Source: Callorhinchus milii (Eukaryota). Taken from it: a stretch of DNA of 64,000 nt. The notes beneath the pieces are model-generated. The model was given only the letters and a program-made list of their open reading frames with translations, did no database searches and had not been told where the DNA came from. Positions 24,971 to 38,042 of this stretch are shown here, piece by piece (the first letter of the stretch is position 1; each line of letters starts with the position of its first letter). Where the stretch lies: contig NW_024704742.1 of assembly GCF_018977255.1 (NCBI RefSeq), positions 94,366,001-94,430,000 of the forward strand, given 5' to 3'. The translations under genes were made by a program, and so were the position numbers.

Positions 24971-25147
24971 CAGTAAACACCTGATACTTCATCACTCCAA
25001 CGGAAAAGGGCTCAGTGACGAGTTATCAGGAGTGGTGAGTTAGCCACACGTATAAATCATCAAAAAATACAGCCGGGATATTGACAGCATGATGACTTAA
25101 GTGGGGGTGACAAATTAATCAAGGGTAGAGTTATAAGCAATTTACTG
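24971..25147. mobile_element. Probable decayed Tigger-like MITE
   Basis: TA-CAGTAAA...TTTACTG-CA termini; internal repeated gagttatc/gagtta motifs. Confidence 0.45.
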
Positions 25148-25192
25148 CATTACTATTATCAATGTGACATTAGTACTGGTGAGTTTGCTTAC

Positions 25193-25291
25193 CTTGTCTT
25201 GCACATTCAGAGGACATTCTTTCTCATGCAAGAACTTCAAGGTCTCTGTGTGGCCATGCCTTGCTGCCCAATAAACTGCATTTGAGCCAGA
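25193..25291 (-). CDS. DAPK1: DAPK1 exon 14-equivalent: ankyrin repeat
   Basis: SGSNAVYWAARHGHTETLKFLHEKECPLNVQDK; acceptor ttccag, donor gtaagc; 99 nt. Confidence 0.96.
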
Positions 25292-25683
25292 CTGGAAGCA
25301 ATTAAAATAAATTAAATGTGGTCCAAAGTGTTATATACATACAAATGCTATGCAATAATTGAAGAATTTTTTTCAAATTAAAAAAAATTGCAGCCATATT
25401 AGCTTCCAGTCAGTTAAATGGTCACTAAAACACAAACGGACCTAAAACTGTAGGAGCTATAAGAAAATGTCTGGTCAGAAGTAAGCAATCATTGCTAATA
25501 GCAATAATTGACAAAATGAGTAGAATGTACGAGATCCATTTGCATTTATTTACTTTGTGATCGCAGAAAGTAGGAATCTTGTCTGCTACGTCTTCATAAC
25601 TGAAAATCCCATTTTAAGACTTAGTGAAAGCATTTTTTTTATTTAAGAAATCCACGAACATGAAACCCAATGTGTATGATAAC

Positions 25684-26012
25684 TAATAATAATAATAATA
25701 ATAATAATCCTTGCATTTGATATAGCGCTTTTCACGTCGGGAGGACGTCCCAAAGCGCTTCACAGAACACACTGTAAGTGAATTGACTGTATATTTATGG
25801 GCAAACGCAGCAACGAATTGCGCACAGCAATGTCCCACAAACAGTCGTAGATTGAAAATGACCAATTTATTGTTTTGGTTTTGGAGGGATTATTATTAGG
25901 CTCTGTGTGGAGTAAGGAAACTTGCCCAAGGTTTCGCCCTGACCTGCCTGGAATTGAACTCAGGTCTCTCGCTTGCAAAGCGAGTGCTCTAACCACTGAG
26001 CTACAGGTCTCC
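25684..26012 (-). mobile_element. Full-length young tRNA-derived SINE
   Basis: Near-identical to 38995-39318; A and B boxes; (TTA)8 tail. Confidence 0.93.
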
Positions 26013-26109
26013 ACAATAACACTAAAGTACATAGTGGTGCATGAGAGCAGAGCAAAAGAAATTCAGGCCACAATAAGTGAATTTACTTCTCGAGCATTCC
26101 GAGACCCAC

Positions 26110-26208
26110 CTTGTCTTGTAAGTTGATCCTTGCTCCCTTCTTGATAAGCAAGTTAAGAATCTGGATGTTTCCACAACCGGCTGCAACCAACAAGGGGGGG
26201 GTGCCATG
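26110..26208 (-). CDS. DAPK1: DAPK1 exon 13-equivalent: ankyrin repeat
   Basis: HGTPPLLVAAGCGNIQILNLLIKKGARINLQDK; acceptor ctgcag, donor gtgggt; 99 nt. Confidence 0.96.
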
Positions 26209-27519
26209 CTGCAGAGAGATACATTAAGTAGAAACATGATGGGGGAGACTGGAGATTTCAGTACGTTGGTTTCTTTTCCTGTTTTCAATTACAATTTAGG
26301 AGCTACTTTGCCTAAAATAATTACAAAATATTCCTTATTTGAATAGATGACACTTTATTGTGCGTTGTGAATTCTGAATTGCTGTGAAAATATGTATGAA
26401 AATGTTCACTTTGGACAAGAGGTCTCATCAGTTCTGAAGAAGGAACGTGCTTGAAACATTAACGCATGTGTCGTTTTCTGATACTGATTGATTGATGTGG
26501 AATCTGCTGTGAAACATATATATATATATATACATACATTATTCATGCACAATATACACACACACACACAATATAATACCATTACTTGCATTTGATATAG
26601 TGTCGAGGAGGTCTCAAAGTGCTTGCTCCAAATGGCAGTGTTGTCACTTTGAGTCAGACAACTTTTGACTATTTTTAAAAAACTTTCAATAATTACGAAA
26701 TTTTCCACCTCAAAGTGTGTGATTACCTTGTAGTCAAACGTACGCCATTTATAATGATTTGTACCTATAGGGAGTGGATTATACTCGAGGCCCACCAATT
26801 ATACTAAATATATACTTTATATGCTTCATATATACAAGACGTTTCACTGCATCTATTTTATATGTTATTGTACTTTCTACTTCACCCACCAATGGCCATT
26901 ACTCTTCAGAGTATACCCTGTGAAGCGCTTTCAGACATGCTCATGATTGAAAGGCGCTACATCAAATAAGAAATATTATTTCTTCACAAGACACACTTTA
27001 AATTAAGAATACACTACTTTTATTATTATATAATGTGTCCTCCAAACAGCGGTAAAAGGATTTATAGATCAAACACTATTCCAGTAATATTTAAAACCAG
27101 CAGATCAACATCCTGCTTTGAACAGCGACTGTACAACAAACTTTTTTTCAATTAAAAGATACAATCAGCTCAAAAGAACTGGATGTACATCCTGGAAGAA
27201 GCTGAAAGACACATTGAAAACCCTTGGATATCAGAGGTCAAATTTAATATCCCCCCCCCAGTTGAATCCCCCCCCGCCTCTTGAATGAGTTCCTAACAAA
27301 CTACGCAATAAGAGAATTGAAGTGTGTTGCCCTCGGGCCTTTCCAAGCTGGAGAGGGGAGGAAGGGAGAGAAGAGAGAGAGGGACTTATTGGCTCCACTA
27401 AGGGGTTCTCACTGGATAAGGTCCCTCGGGTGTCTGTGGCCCGCTGGTACTTCACTCAAATAATCAACGTTAACATGATCATTTCAATTGTGGAGGGCAT
27501 CACAATCATATGTAATTAT

Positions 27520-27905
27520 ATGGAACATTACAGCACAGAAAAAGGTCATTTGGCCTCACAAGTCCACCTTTACACTCCACCCCTCCTATTCTGCTCTAAT
27601 CCCTTCTCCCTCATGTATACGTCAAGTTTGCTCTTAAATATGCTGGTGCTTTTGTTTCGACCACAGTTTTCAGCAGCAAGTTCCACATTCTCACCACCTT
27701 CTGCGTGAAGGCGTTTAAGAACATAAGAATTAAGAGCAGAAGTAGGCCATTCGGCCCCTCGAACCTGCCCTGAGGAGTTTCTCCTAAACTCCCCATTAGA
27801 TCTACTACTGGCTATCTATCTTATGTTTATGTTCCCTCGTTTTGGACTCACTAACAACTAGAAGCAGCCGATTAATGTCCACCTTATTAAATCCTTTCCT
27901 AATTT
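27520..27905 (-). mobile_element. Decayed CR1 3' fragment containing a short nested CR1 tail
   Basis: FTQKVVRMWNLL remnant; an inserted aagaacataagaattaagagcagaagtaggccattcggcccctcg at about 27715-27770. Confidence 0.65.
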
Positions 27906-30474
27906 TTAACAATTCTACCGCACAAGTTTTCAGTACCCACTTATTTATGCAATATAAATGTCTCAACAGAGAAAATACAGAGGAGCAGCCAACATTAAGA
28001 GGAAGGGGAATTTAAGGTTTAAGTGGGTTGATTAAAGGCATGTCAGCAAGTAAAATCAATTTTGGGAGAGTATTTCCAAGAGTGGAGACATAGTGACTGA
28101 AAGCTTTACCATTGATGGTGGAATGAAAGGAATGAGGGATGTGTAACAGACCAGAGTTGGAAGAGCAGAACACACCTCAGGAAAATTGAACTAGAGGAGA
28201 TGGAATAGGTAGGGAGGGGTAAAACATTGAAGGAGTTTGAATACCAGATAAGGATCTTGAAATTGATCCGCAACACACTACCATACCCCACCACACCCCC
28301 CTCCCCCACCACCTCGCACATAGCCACGCTCACAGACACACACACATAGGCAGAGACAGAGAGAGAATCATGAGCAGGAAACCTGATTGATTTTCTCCTC
28401 TCTAACCCACGACACAGAGCCAAATGAAGTAAACTGCAGCTCCTGGAACTCCGAGGTATAAAAAATAGCTCCTGTAATTGGCAACAATTAATTTCAGCGT
28501 AGAAGGAGTAGAGACGAAAGGAGAGAGAAAAAANTTAAAATAAAATGGCCAACTGCAATTAAATGAGCATGGCGCAAAAATAAAACATGATAGCATCACT
28601 AAGATTCAAACAATTTTCCATTTGACTCAAATGTGTTGAATTTTCATGCCTTTTAGTGAATACAATATTCAGAGATTGTTGATCTCCTTTCACTCATGGT
28701 TTTTAATTCAGTCATTAGATAACTGTTAACTGACTTAGAGCACTAACAAGCTGCAAACACTTTGGAAATCACTTTAGTTGGGGTTATCTTATTTGGGAGT
28801 TATGATAATACGGCACTCGATCAATAGCGTGGAACATGGGAGAGCTACTACAGATAGTGGGAGGATGGAGCTAGAGGGTTTTGTTATTATTTTAGACATT
28901 ATCAGGATGTTGACAGTTTGGTTGTAAGAGAAAGTGATTGATTATTAAAAATCTATTGAGAGCCAAGACCAATGCACTTTCGAAGAGAGCAACAAGGAAT
29001 CAAGGTTAGCCTTGAGTAGTTAACTAAGTAGTTAGGTAATGTCAAGATTGGGGTGTGGCATGTATGTGTCACCTGTGTGGAGTTGCCAAAGGACAGGGGA
29101 ACTGAGGAATCAGGTGGCGGCTGGATCGGGGAGGAGGAGGTGAGGGATTGGGTGCAGGGATGAAGGAACGGGAAAGATTGGACAAGCGTGATTGAGTGAA
29201 GGGAGAGCAAACACTGAGGTTAAAGGGATTAGGCAAGAGGAGGAGAGGGGAAGAAAAACTTTGGGATTGTCTAGAGACAATGGCTGAGGGATTCTACAGT
29301 CTTGAGGTCCTGGGAAAGCAGGAGTTAAAAGTAGCCGGTGAAACAGCACTACAATGTGAACAAAATCTCTTTGATGGTAACATTTCTATGAGCCATTTCA
29401 CATGGAATCTTATTTCTTTGCCCAGTAATATTTTCCATTAATAATGCGTGTATTTTCACAGATGGATAGAGCTCCATCTGCCATTAATAAATCATGACTA
29501 ACTAATCAGAAGGCTATCCTTGCACCAACTCAGCAGTGCATCTCCCAGCAATTTCAGTATAAAATGTTGCATTTTATAAATACTTAGTGACTATGGAGCC
29601 AGTTATCAGAACAGATTTAGCAAATTGCAAATTATACAAATTCTTCACATAGCCAAAATGAGTTTCTTTCAATACCCTTACATATTAACAACATCCCCAT
29701 TACTGCTAGCATATTGCAGACTCTAGGAATTCCTACTTCCATTCTGCCTTCGCATTTGTCACCTGGTCACTCTCATACTTTACTTAATTTCTGCCTTAGC
29801 TTTTATTACATTTCAGTCTTGCCTTACTCAGAATGATCATAAAGGCAGTTAAAAATGCTGTATTTCACCTGCAGTGAGCCCCGTCATAACGCAATGTTAG
29901 GGATCCATAAAACCCTAACCTGCGTTGCAGTGGTGCAGGGACACAAACAGACGACCCATTTACTTCCCACTCAAAGAAAAAAAATGGCCGACTTCTGGCT
30001 TTTGGGTCACTGCCAGCATCACTTCCTCCTCTCTGTGTATCCCAGCAAGTGACATCATCAATGAACATAAGTCAGCCTTTTTTTTAAAAAAGTGTGGGAA
30101 GATAAAGAGTTAACTTCCAGATCATTAGGTCCTTTCCATGGTGACTTCCTACTGCGTGCAAGGGCAGCAGAGGCGAACGCGATGTCAGATGACTTAACAA
30201 CAACTGGCACTTATATAAAGCCCTCCATGCAGGGCAGTGTCTCAGTGCGCTTAAAGTGATTTAATGACCCTGAAGTCAGCTATGTTGCACGGAAAGGAAG
30301 TGATCAGGCTGGCTCCGTGCAAGTGTCATGAATGGGGTCCTTGGTGCAATTTGCGTTTGAAGCAAACTTGTGCTATTGACACGTCCTTCCAATGTGAAAG
30401 GCAGTATATAATTTTGTATTGTAAAGTATAGTAAAGCACATTATAGCAGGCTAGCACTGTATTAATTGAAGATT

Positions 30475-30782
30475 GGAGTCCTGTAGCTCAGTGGTTAGAG
30501 CACTCGCCTCGCAAGCGAAAGGCCTGGATTCGATTCCAGGCAGGGCAAAACCTTGGGCAAGTTTCCTTACTCCATATGCCTGATAATAATCACTCAAGAA
30601 AAAAAAAAATTAAAAAAATTGGTCACTCCAATCCACGACTGTTTGTGGGACACTGCTGTGTGCAATTGGCTGCCGCATTTTGCCCACAAATAAACAGTCA
30701 AATCACTTTACAGTATATTCTGTGAAGCGCTTTGACTTCTAGAAGACATGAAAAGAGCTATATCAAATGCAAGGATTACTAC
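30475..30782 (+). mobile_element. Full-length tRNA-derived SINE
   Basis: ggagtcctgtagctcagtggttagagcactcgc...gattcgattcc head; tatcaaatgcaaggatta tail. Confidence 0.9.
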
Positions 30783-31971
30783 TGTTATCTACATTTCAGA
30801 CCTAAAATCTGTACCACAGGTCTTAGTCTATGATAAACACTGAAATGAGATGCACTAGAAATGATGGAAATGAACAGTCGGGGTTGATTTCTTATCCCGG
30901 TGATCTGCGGAACGTTAAAAGTCTTTTCCTGGGACAGCTAATTATGCCAAACTCATGCTAGTCTTCTCGGCAAGTTTATATTTGTGGAACTTTCGAGGAT
31001 GAATAAATTCTTTGTAGAAAATTCCACTTGGCAGTGGAATTAAACAATCAGCCTTTACTTTGATCAACCCCATTCAGGAGCTACATTTCCGTAAACCCCA
31101 ATCTGAGAGTAAATTTGCAGAATGAGTCACAAATGATCTCAGCGTTTCCAGCTGTTTTGTTTGTGGCTACTTGTGAATCACAGGTCAAAGTCCATTTCTT
31201 TGTTTTTCTTAAAAAAATGGCACATCATACGCAATAGTTAACAAACCAGTTGAAATGGTCTGCTGTGCAGCTTTCTGTACCTGGAAATGCCCAGAGGCAT
31301 TTTTACTTTTCGACAGAATGCATTAATGCAAAATTGAGTATTTGATTTGATTTTGTCCTTTTGTTTCCATATTATTATAATCTGGGCTGAATTTTCAGCA
31401 CTGTGTACCTCTCAAGTCAGCAAAGCAACTAATTATAAGTATTAGGAGTAGAGAAATCTCGACTTCACTTCCCTGGTCCATCTCTGCAGAGCGACGCAGG
31501 CCACTGAACTCAAACTTAGGTTTGGAGAAACCTATCATTAACTGCACATCCTGAAGTTTGGCCTTTCAAAACAAACCCTGATATTTGCAGCAAACACTGT
31601 TAAAGTACTGTATTTCCTACTGCCTTAAGGCTGTGATTCAAACTAGCTTACATTTCTATACACTGATATAGGTATGTAATCTGCAATATTCTTGGCAGGG
31701 TTTCTTAATTAAGGAATCAGTTGCACAAATGAAGACTCCCTTCTGGTAACAGGAATATGTCAGGCCTGCTGATAGGAATAGCTGCTCCCACACAGTTCAC
31801 CTCTTGTTCCTGGGGTCTGTGGTTGGACATTCTGAGACTCCTTATGAATGAAACCAGCGGCAATGATAAATATCGTAAAACCGACCTAAAGATATACTTT
31901 GGTATTATCAGAGATAGAATAATAATGGGGGTGGAGGAAAGAGAGAGAATAATATATGGGGGAGGGGGAAG

Positions 31972-32786
31972 AAAACATAAGAAACAGGAGCAGGAGTAGG
32001 CCATTCGGCCCCTCAAGCCTGCCCCGCCTTTCAATAAGATCATGACTGATCTTCTAACCTAATTCCATTTTCCTGCCCTATCCCCATATCCCTTAAGTTT
32101 TTAAAAATCTATCAATCTCAGTCTTGAATCTGTTCAATGACTGAGCATCCACAGCCTTCTGGGTAGAGAATTCCACAAATTCACTACCTTCTGAGTGAAG
32201 AAATATTTTCTCAACTCAGTTCTAAAAGGCTGACCTTTAATCCTGAGTCTATGACCCCTAGTTTTAGATTCTCCAACCAGGGGAAACAGTCTCACACTAT
32301 CTATCCTGTCAAGACACTTAAGAATCTTATGTTTCTATAAAATCACCTCTAATTCTTCTATATTCTAGATGATATAGGCCTATATCCTCAACCTATCCTC
32401 GTAGGTCAACCTTTCATCCCAGGAACCAACCTAGTGAACCTATGTTGCACCCCCTCTAAAGCGAGTATATCCTGTCTTAGATAAAGAGACCAAAACTGCA
32501 CACAATATTCCAGGTGTGGTCTCACCAGGGCCCTATACAATTGCAACAAGACTTCCCTACTCTTGTACTTTAACCCCTTTACAATAAACGCTAACATGCT
32601 ATTAGCCTTCCTAATTGCTTGTTGTACCTGCATACTAACTTTCTGTGACTGGTGTACAAGGACACCTAAATCCCTCTGAATACTAACACTATCTAGTTTC
32701 TCCCCCTCTAGAAAATAATCTGCTTTTCTATTTTTTTCTACCGAGGTGAATAACTTCCCACTTCCCACATTATGTTCCAACTGCCA
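31972..32786 (-). mobile_element. CR1-clade LINE 3' fragment
   Basis: RDLGVLVH...KANSMLAFI...YRALVRPHLEYCVQFWS...LEGVQHRFTRLVPGMKG; CR1-type 3' UTR ggccgaatggcctactcctgctcct. Confidence 0.93.
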
Positions 32787-34243
32787 GAGAAGAGCAAGAG
32801 AAGAATGAGTGAGAGGGAGGAGAGAGAGAGCAGAATGTACAGGAGAGATAGAGAGAGAGAGGGGAATATTTTCTGACGTAATTCAATCATTCATTTCACC
32901 TTCACTTTATTGAGGCTTATCTTATTTCCTTTGGACCGTGTTTACTTGTGCAGTTAGGTGATAAAACTCACCGCTTCTGGTTACATAATGATCAGCTCAA
33001 GGTACATCTCATTACCATAATCATCCAACACAGGTCACATGTCTCCACATGACTGGAGCTGCATTTGCTCTGCTATAAGACTATCGTATACCAGTTACAT
33101 TATATTGCTCTCCTCAGTGTCTCACTTCAAAGTCACATTGACCGTGCTCTACTGAGCAATCAACCCAGCATTCAAAATCAATCACAATTTTCTACAGCGA
33201 TTAAATGGAACTAACCATAGCTTTGGTTTAATGGGAACAGCATGCTGGAACACCAGAGCACTGCAACAAGGGGCTGGATATCGGGCTGTGCCCACCAGTT
33301 ACCAAACAGAGTTTACTATTGTAACTTTACTTGGCTCCTCAATGTCTAAGACGACAGCTTGGTGCAGGGTTAGCCCTACAGATTGGAAGACGTTTGAATA
33401 CTAAACATTTTCACATGCTCACACACACACACACTCTGCTATTCTGTAATTAATTAGTCTGCATCTTTTGATATGAAGCTTTATTTTACTATCATGAAGT
33501 CTTCAGATTAATCAAATTTATGTAAATAACTTGGCATTACATGCATTGTCTTGTTAATCACATCATCTTGAGAGAGATTCAGATAAAGAACGCCCTTTGG
33601 CCCACTTGATCTCGTCCTTCCAGTACACCCACCCCAATGTTCTCCTATCACAACATCAAGCTGTTTTAAGCAAGTTTCCTTACTCTCTGTTTACCTTGAA
33701 GTAAGTAGGAACCCGATTGTTAGCTGATTGGTGGATTGCTTTTTGGGGGTAATAAGCCCTCATAAAACAAACAAAAATTGATCACACAATCCACGACTAT
33801 TTGTGGGACACTGTCGTGCGCAATTTGCTGCCGCGTTTCACCCACAAAATACACAGTATATCCAGTGAAGCACTTTGAGACGTCTCAACAATGTGATAAG
33901 GTGCTAGATGAAATGCAAGGATTAATAATAATGAAACTACAGAGACTTTACTAAAACAACTTGCATTTATATAGCGCCCTTCACGTGGGGTAGTGTGCTG
34001 GAGCCCTTAAATTAGAGATCGAGTGTGCAAGGAATAATGCCTGAATGCAATAAATTTTAATTTTATTGTCTTGTACTCTCTGCCCATTGATATTGACCAA
34101 ACCTCTCTAATTGTTTCACATAATTCAGCAATTCTTCTAAAACAATACGTGCGATCAATGCACAACTAGAGATGTATTATTTGAGAAGGAAATAAATACA
34201 TCAAGAGGTTAGACAATCAAGGCAAAGAAGAGACAGCTGTTAC

Positions 34244-34363
34244 CTTGTTAACTTGGTTTATGTCGTAATTGGCAAGGGATCCGAGGAGATGTTGTAAACC
34301 AGGAACATTGTCGTCATTGATGGCGTGAATAATCGCCTTCATTACAAAAGAATCTTCTTCATC
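34244..34363 (-). CDS. DAPK1: DAPK1 exon 12-equivalent: start of ankyrin region
   Basis: DEEDSFVMKAIIHAINDDNVPGLQHLLGSLANYDINQVNK; acceptor cataag, donor gtaaca; 120 nt. Confidence 0.96.
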
Positions 34364-34639
34364 CTTATGGGAAGTAGAGGAAAAAATAAAAATCACTCAC
34401 TGTCGGAAATCAACCAGCAAATTGCTCAAAAAAATCCTGAACCCAAGGGGAAGGAAAGGAAGAAGAATGTTTTGACTTTTCTATTAAAAATTGCACATTT
34501 CAATAATCATCTTACAAACAGATAATCTGAGCCCTGCTGCTTGCCACATTGCACACAAAATAATAAATTATAACGCCTCGGAGCGTTTCAACCCAAACCA
34601 TCTGATTGAAACTTTCGTTGCGTTTCCAATTGTCCAATT

Positions 34640-36417
34640 TTTGCTCAGCTGCCACTGCCCTCCCAACTTCCACCACCTCCCTACTCCCACCCCACATAAT
34701 TATCCATCCGACAATTACCCATCCCTCCTTCCATACCTTTGAACCTGTCACCCCCTTCTCTGTCTTCAACACGGTAACCTCCATGAAGTCCACTCCTGCT
34801 CCCTCGACCCCATCCTTAAATCCCAGCTCCCTCGACCCTCTCCTTAAATCCCAGCTACACCTTGCCTCACTACTCGCCAATATCATTAACCTCTCCCTGT
34901 CATCTGGCACTGTTCCTTCCCCTCTCAAAACAGCCACTGTCACCCCCACCTTGAAGAAACCTTCCCTCGACCCATCAGAGCTATCTCGCTACCGGCCCAT
35001 CTCTAATCTCCCCTTCCTATCCAAGGTCCTTGAGAGAGACGTTGCCTCCCAGCTTCGCTCTTTCCTCTCTTCTCACTCCATCCATGAACCCCTCCGATCG
35101 GGTTTCCGTGCTGCCCACAGCACAGAAACTGCTCTGGTCAAGGTCACAAATGACATCCTGACCATGTGTGACCAGGGCTCCCTCTGCCTCCTCGTCCTCC
35201 TCAACCTCTCCACCACCTTTGACACTGTGGACCATTCAATCCTCCTCCACCGCCTCTCCTCCCACCTCAACCCTCAAGGTTCTGTGCTTGACTGGTTCAG
35301 GTCCTACCTTTCACACCGCCTCCACTTCATCGCGGTAAACGGCTTCTCCTCCAGCCCCCACACTGTCTCGTGCGGTGTTCCTCAGGGCTCTGTCCTCGGT
35401 CCCCTCCTCTTCACCCTCTGGTGACTTCATCCGCAGACATGGGGTAAATTTCCACATGTTTGCGGATGACACCCAACTCTACCTCTCTGCTTCCACCCTG
35501 AACTCCAGGACTACTGGTATCCTGACTCACTGCCTGTCCGACATCAAGTCATGGACGAGGGCCAACTTTCTCCAACTCAACGTCAACAAGACCGAGGCCC
35601 TCCTGATTGGCTCGTGGCAGCGCCTCCACACCTCAGGCGCTGGCAGCATCAGCCTCCACGGCTGCACACTCAACCTCACTAAGCCAGTCAGGAACCTGGG
35701 TTACTTGTTTGACCCTGAACTGTCCTTTCTCCCTCACATCCGCGCCATGACAGGCACTGCCTACCACTACCTCCGCAACATTGCCAGACTCCGCCATTGC
35801 CTCACCCCTCAGGCTGCCGAAACCCTCACCCATGCATTTGTCACATCAAGGCTCAATTATGGGAACTCCCTCCTCATCGGCCTTCCCAACTCTTCCCTTC
35901 ACAAGCTGCAGATCATCCAGAACTCTGCAGCTCGTGTACTTTCACCCCCTAGGCTCTGTGATCCCATCACTCCCACCCTCGCCCAACTCCACTGGCCCCC
36001 CATCCCCCAGAGGATCAAGTTCAAGATCCTCGTCCTCACCTTTAAGGCCATCCATGGCCTTGCCCCCTCCTACCTCTCTGACCCCCTACCAACCTGCCCA
36101 CTCCCTCCGTTCATCGAGCTCCGGCCTGCCCCATGTCTCCAACCCGACCCGCCCTACCATCGGTGGCCGGGCTTTCAGCCCCCACACTCTGGAAATCCAT
36201 CCCATGGTCCCTTCGCCTTGCTTCCTCCCTTGCCTCCTTCAAGGCCGGTCTCGACCCTTCTCTTTGACCGTGCCTTTGGTCTCCTTCCCACCTCTCTGCC
36301 TTCCCTCACCCCTACACCACCTCTCCCCCATGCTCGGGCCCCGACACCTGACTGCTCAGTGCTTTGGGACATCCTCCTGATGTGAAAGACGCTCTATAAA
36401 TGTAATTTTCTTGTTGT
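34640..36417 (+). mobile_element. L2-clade LINE, 5'-truncated and degenerate (reverse transcriptase plus 3' tail)
   Basis: Frameshifted RT motifs YRPISNLPFLSKVLER, GFRAAHSTETAL, GVPQGSVLGPLLF, FADDTQL, and the C-terminal LHWPPIPQRIKFKIL; ends in stem-loop plus TTG tail. Confidence 0.93.
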
Positions 36418-37949
36418 CTGTCTCCCTTTCTCTCCTGTAGATGCCGTGTGATGAGGTAAACCCTCCAATGCCCACCCAAGTGGCTACTCCTCATGTGAAA
36501 GCCTGGAAGTGTGAATGTCAGCCGGCAATTCCACTTCAAGGAGCATCTCAGGAAACAACCCGCCCCAGTGAGCAAGTTATGGACGATATAACAAGAGTCT
36601 AATTACACAAGCAGGTGGAAGTACCCGCTCAAAACATCCAGCAAACTTGGCAGCATAAAAATTGGCTGCTGCATTTCATCCACAAAATTCATTTTATGGT
36701 ATATTCTGTGAAGCATTGTGAGATGTCTCGACGACGTGATTAGGTGCTATTTCAAATGCAAGCATTATTATTAGCAAGACACAAACTCAAATTTAGCACC
36801 AGAAAATCACAAGAGCAAATAATTGATTCAACACTATCAAGGCCATTGTCCCATTGTGCCACTGACCAGGCTCACTCCCCTGCCCATATTCCTGAATACT
36901 TTTCCTTTTCAGCACCTTGGGACGCCTCCCGACGTGAAAGGCGTTATACAAATGTAATTTTTTTTTAAAAAAGGTCCAAAACCCCTGATTGTCCAGCGCC
37001 CTGGGACGTCTTTCTGATGTGAAGGGTGCTTTATAAGTGTAATTTGTTTGATGTTGTTGTATTAGGGATTTTGAACCACAGTCGGTCAATATGTTTGCAG
37101 TCACAGCAATATAACCAGCTTGTAAATGTTTGATAATGATTCCAAATCTTTTTTNCTTCTATCCTGAACTATGTCTTGCTAGTTAGATTTTAACTGGTCT
37201 GAAAACAAAATAATGAAGAATACTGACTGTCAGAAATGGAGGGAATTAAGGATCGGAACAGGTTACCACGACAGTTGGCTGAGTCCTGGATGCTGGATTC
37301 ATTTAAAAACAGCTTGTGCTGTGATGGAGTGGGTGACCTGGATGGATGAGATCAATAGGGCCAGAGGGCATTCTTTATCTGAATCTCTATAATGGTCACA
37401 GATTAACAAGACACGAGTTTTTAAACCTTCCAATTGTTCTAAACTTTGCTGCAAATTTAAAGCTCTTAAAATATTTAACGTGCAAGTAAAATACTACACA
37501 AATGGCCTTTACGTTTCTAAGAATGAAAATTAAAAAATATTTTTTTTTATTAGCTTTTCATTCTTAGAAACAAATCGGTAAAGTGAGAAAAGGCAGACAT
37601 CGGTAAACAGATCTCCTCATTGAAAGCTGACTGTGGTTCAGGTCATTTGAAATTTATCACAATTCAACTCTGCACGGAGGTCTAATTAGTTATAGTCACA
37701 AACTGGGTTAGTTGTGTTAATAGCGACTTCAGTTTTGCAAATACTGGAAGATGTTGGACTTCTGGGATTTGCAAAAGAAGCTAATTCTGAATCGAGATCC
37801 AATAAATTCATCGCTGTTTTGCGAATATAGCAGCGGCCAATATTCACAAGGTACAAAATCAACAAACACCAACCAAACAGGACGATGATTAAATAGCTAA
37901 TTAGCTCCCTTGTGAACAAGCCCATGGATTCTCGTTCAGGTTTACTCAC

Positions 37950-38042
37950 CAAAGTGTCCTCACTCCTGGCAACGCTCATGTTACTTCGGGAAAGGAATGA
38001 TCTCGATAGTCGTTGGCACAGAGATATTAAACGTACTGATTG
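37950..38042 (-). CDS. DAPK1: DAPK1 exon 11-equivalent: CaM-binding segment, part 2 (Ser308-equivalent)
   Basis: QSVRLISLCQRLSRSFLSRSNMSVARSEDTL; acceptor cttcag, donor gtgagt; 93 nt. Confidence 0.97.

Noticed and set aside
28534..28534. Single N bases at 28534, 37155 and 52991
   Set aside because: All adjoin homopolymer runs, so they are sequencing or assembly ambiguities rather than biology.
30475..30545. tRNA-like sequence with A and B boxes (also at 4102, 7927, 26012, 39318 and 44947)
   Set aside because: Each runs directly into a shared SINE body and tail, with no closed acceptor stem or poly-T terminator. These are SINE heads, not tRNA genes.
31000..31400. Possible intronic enhancer (TGAGTCA AP-1 motif, repeat-poor stretch)
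   Set aside because: Short motifs occur by chance and cannot be supported without conservation or chromatin data.
34606..36385. Long ORFs (272, 336 and 199 aa) with reverse transcriptase motifs as a domesticated or novel RT gene
   Set aside because: Frameshifted, 5'-truncated L2 ORF2 with no endonuclease domain; an ordinary dead LINE.
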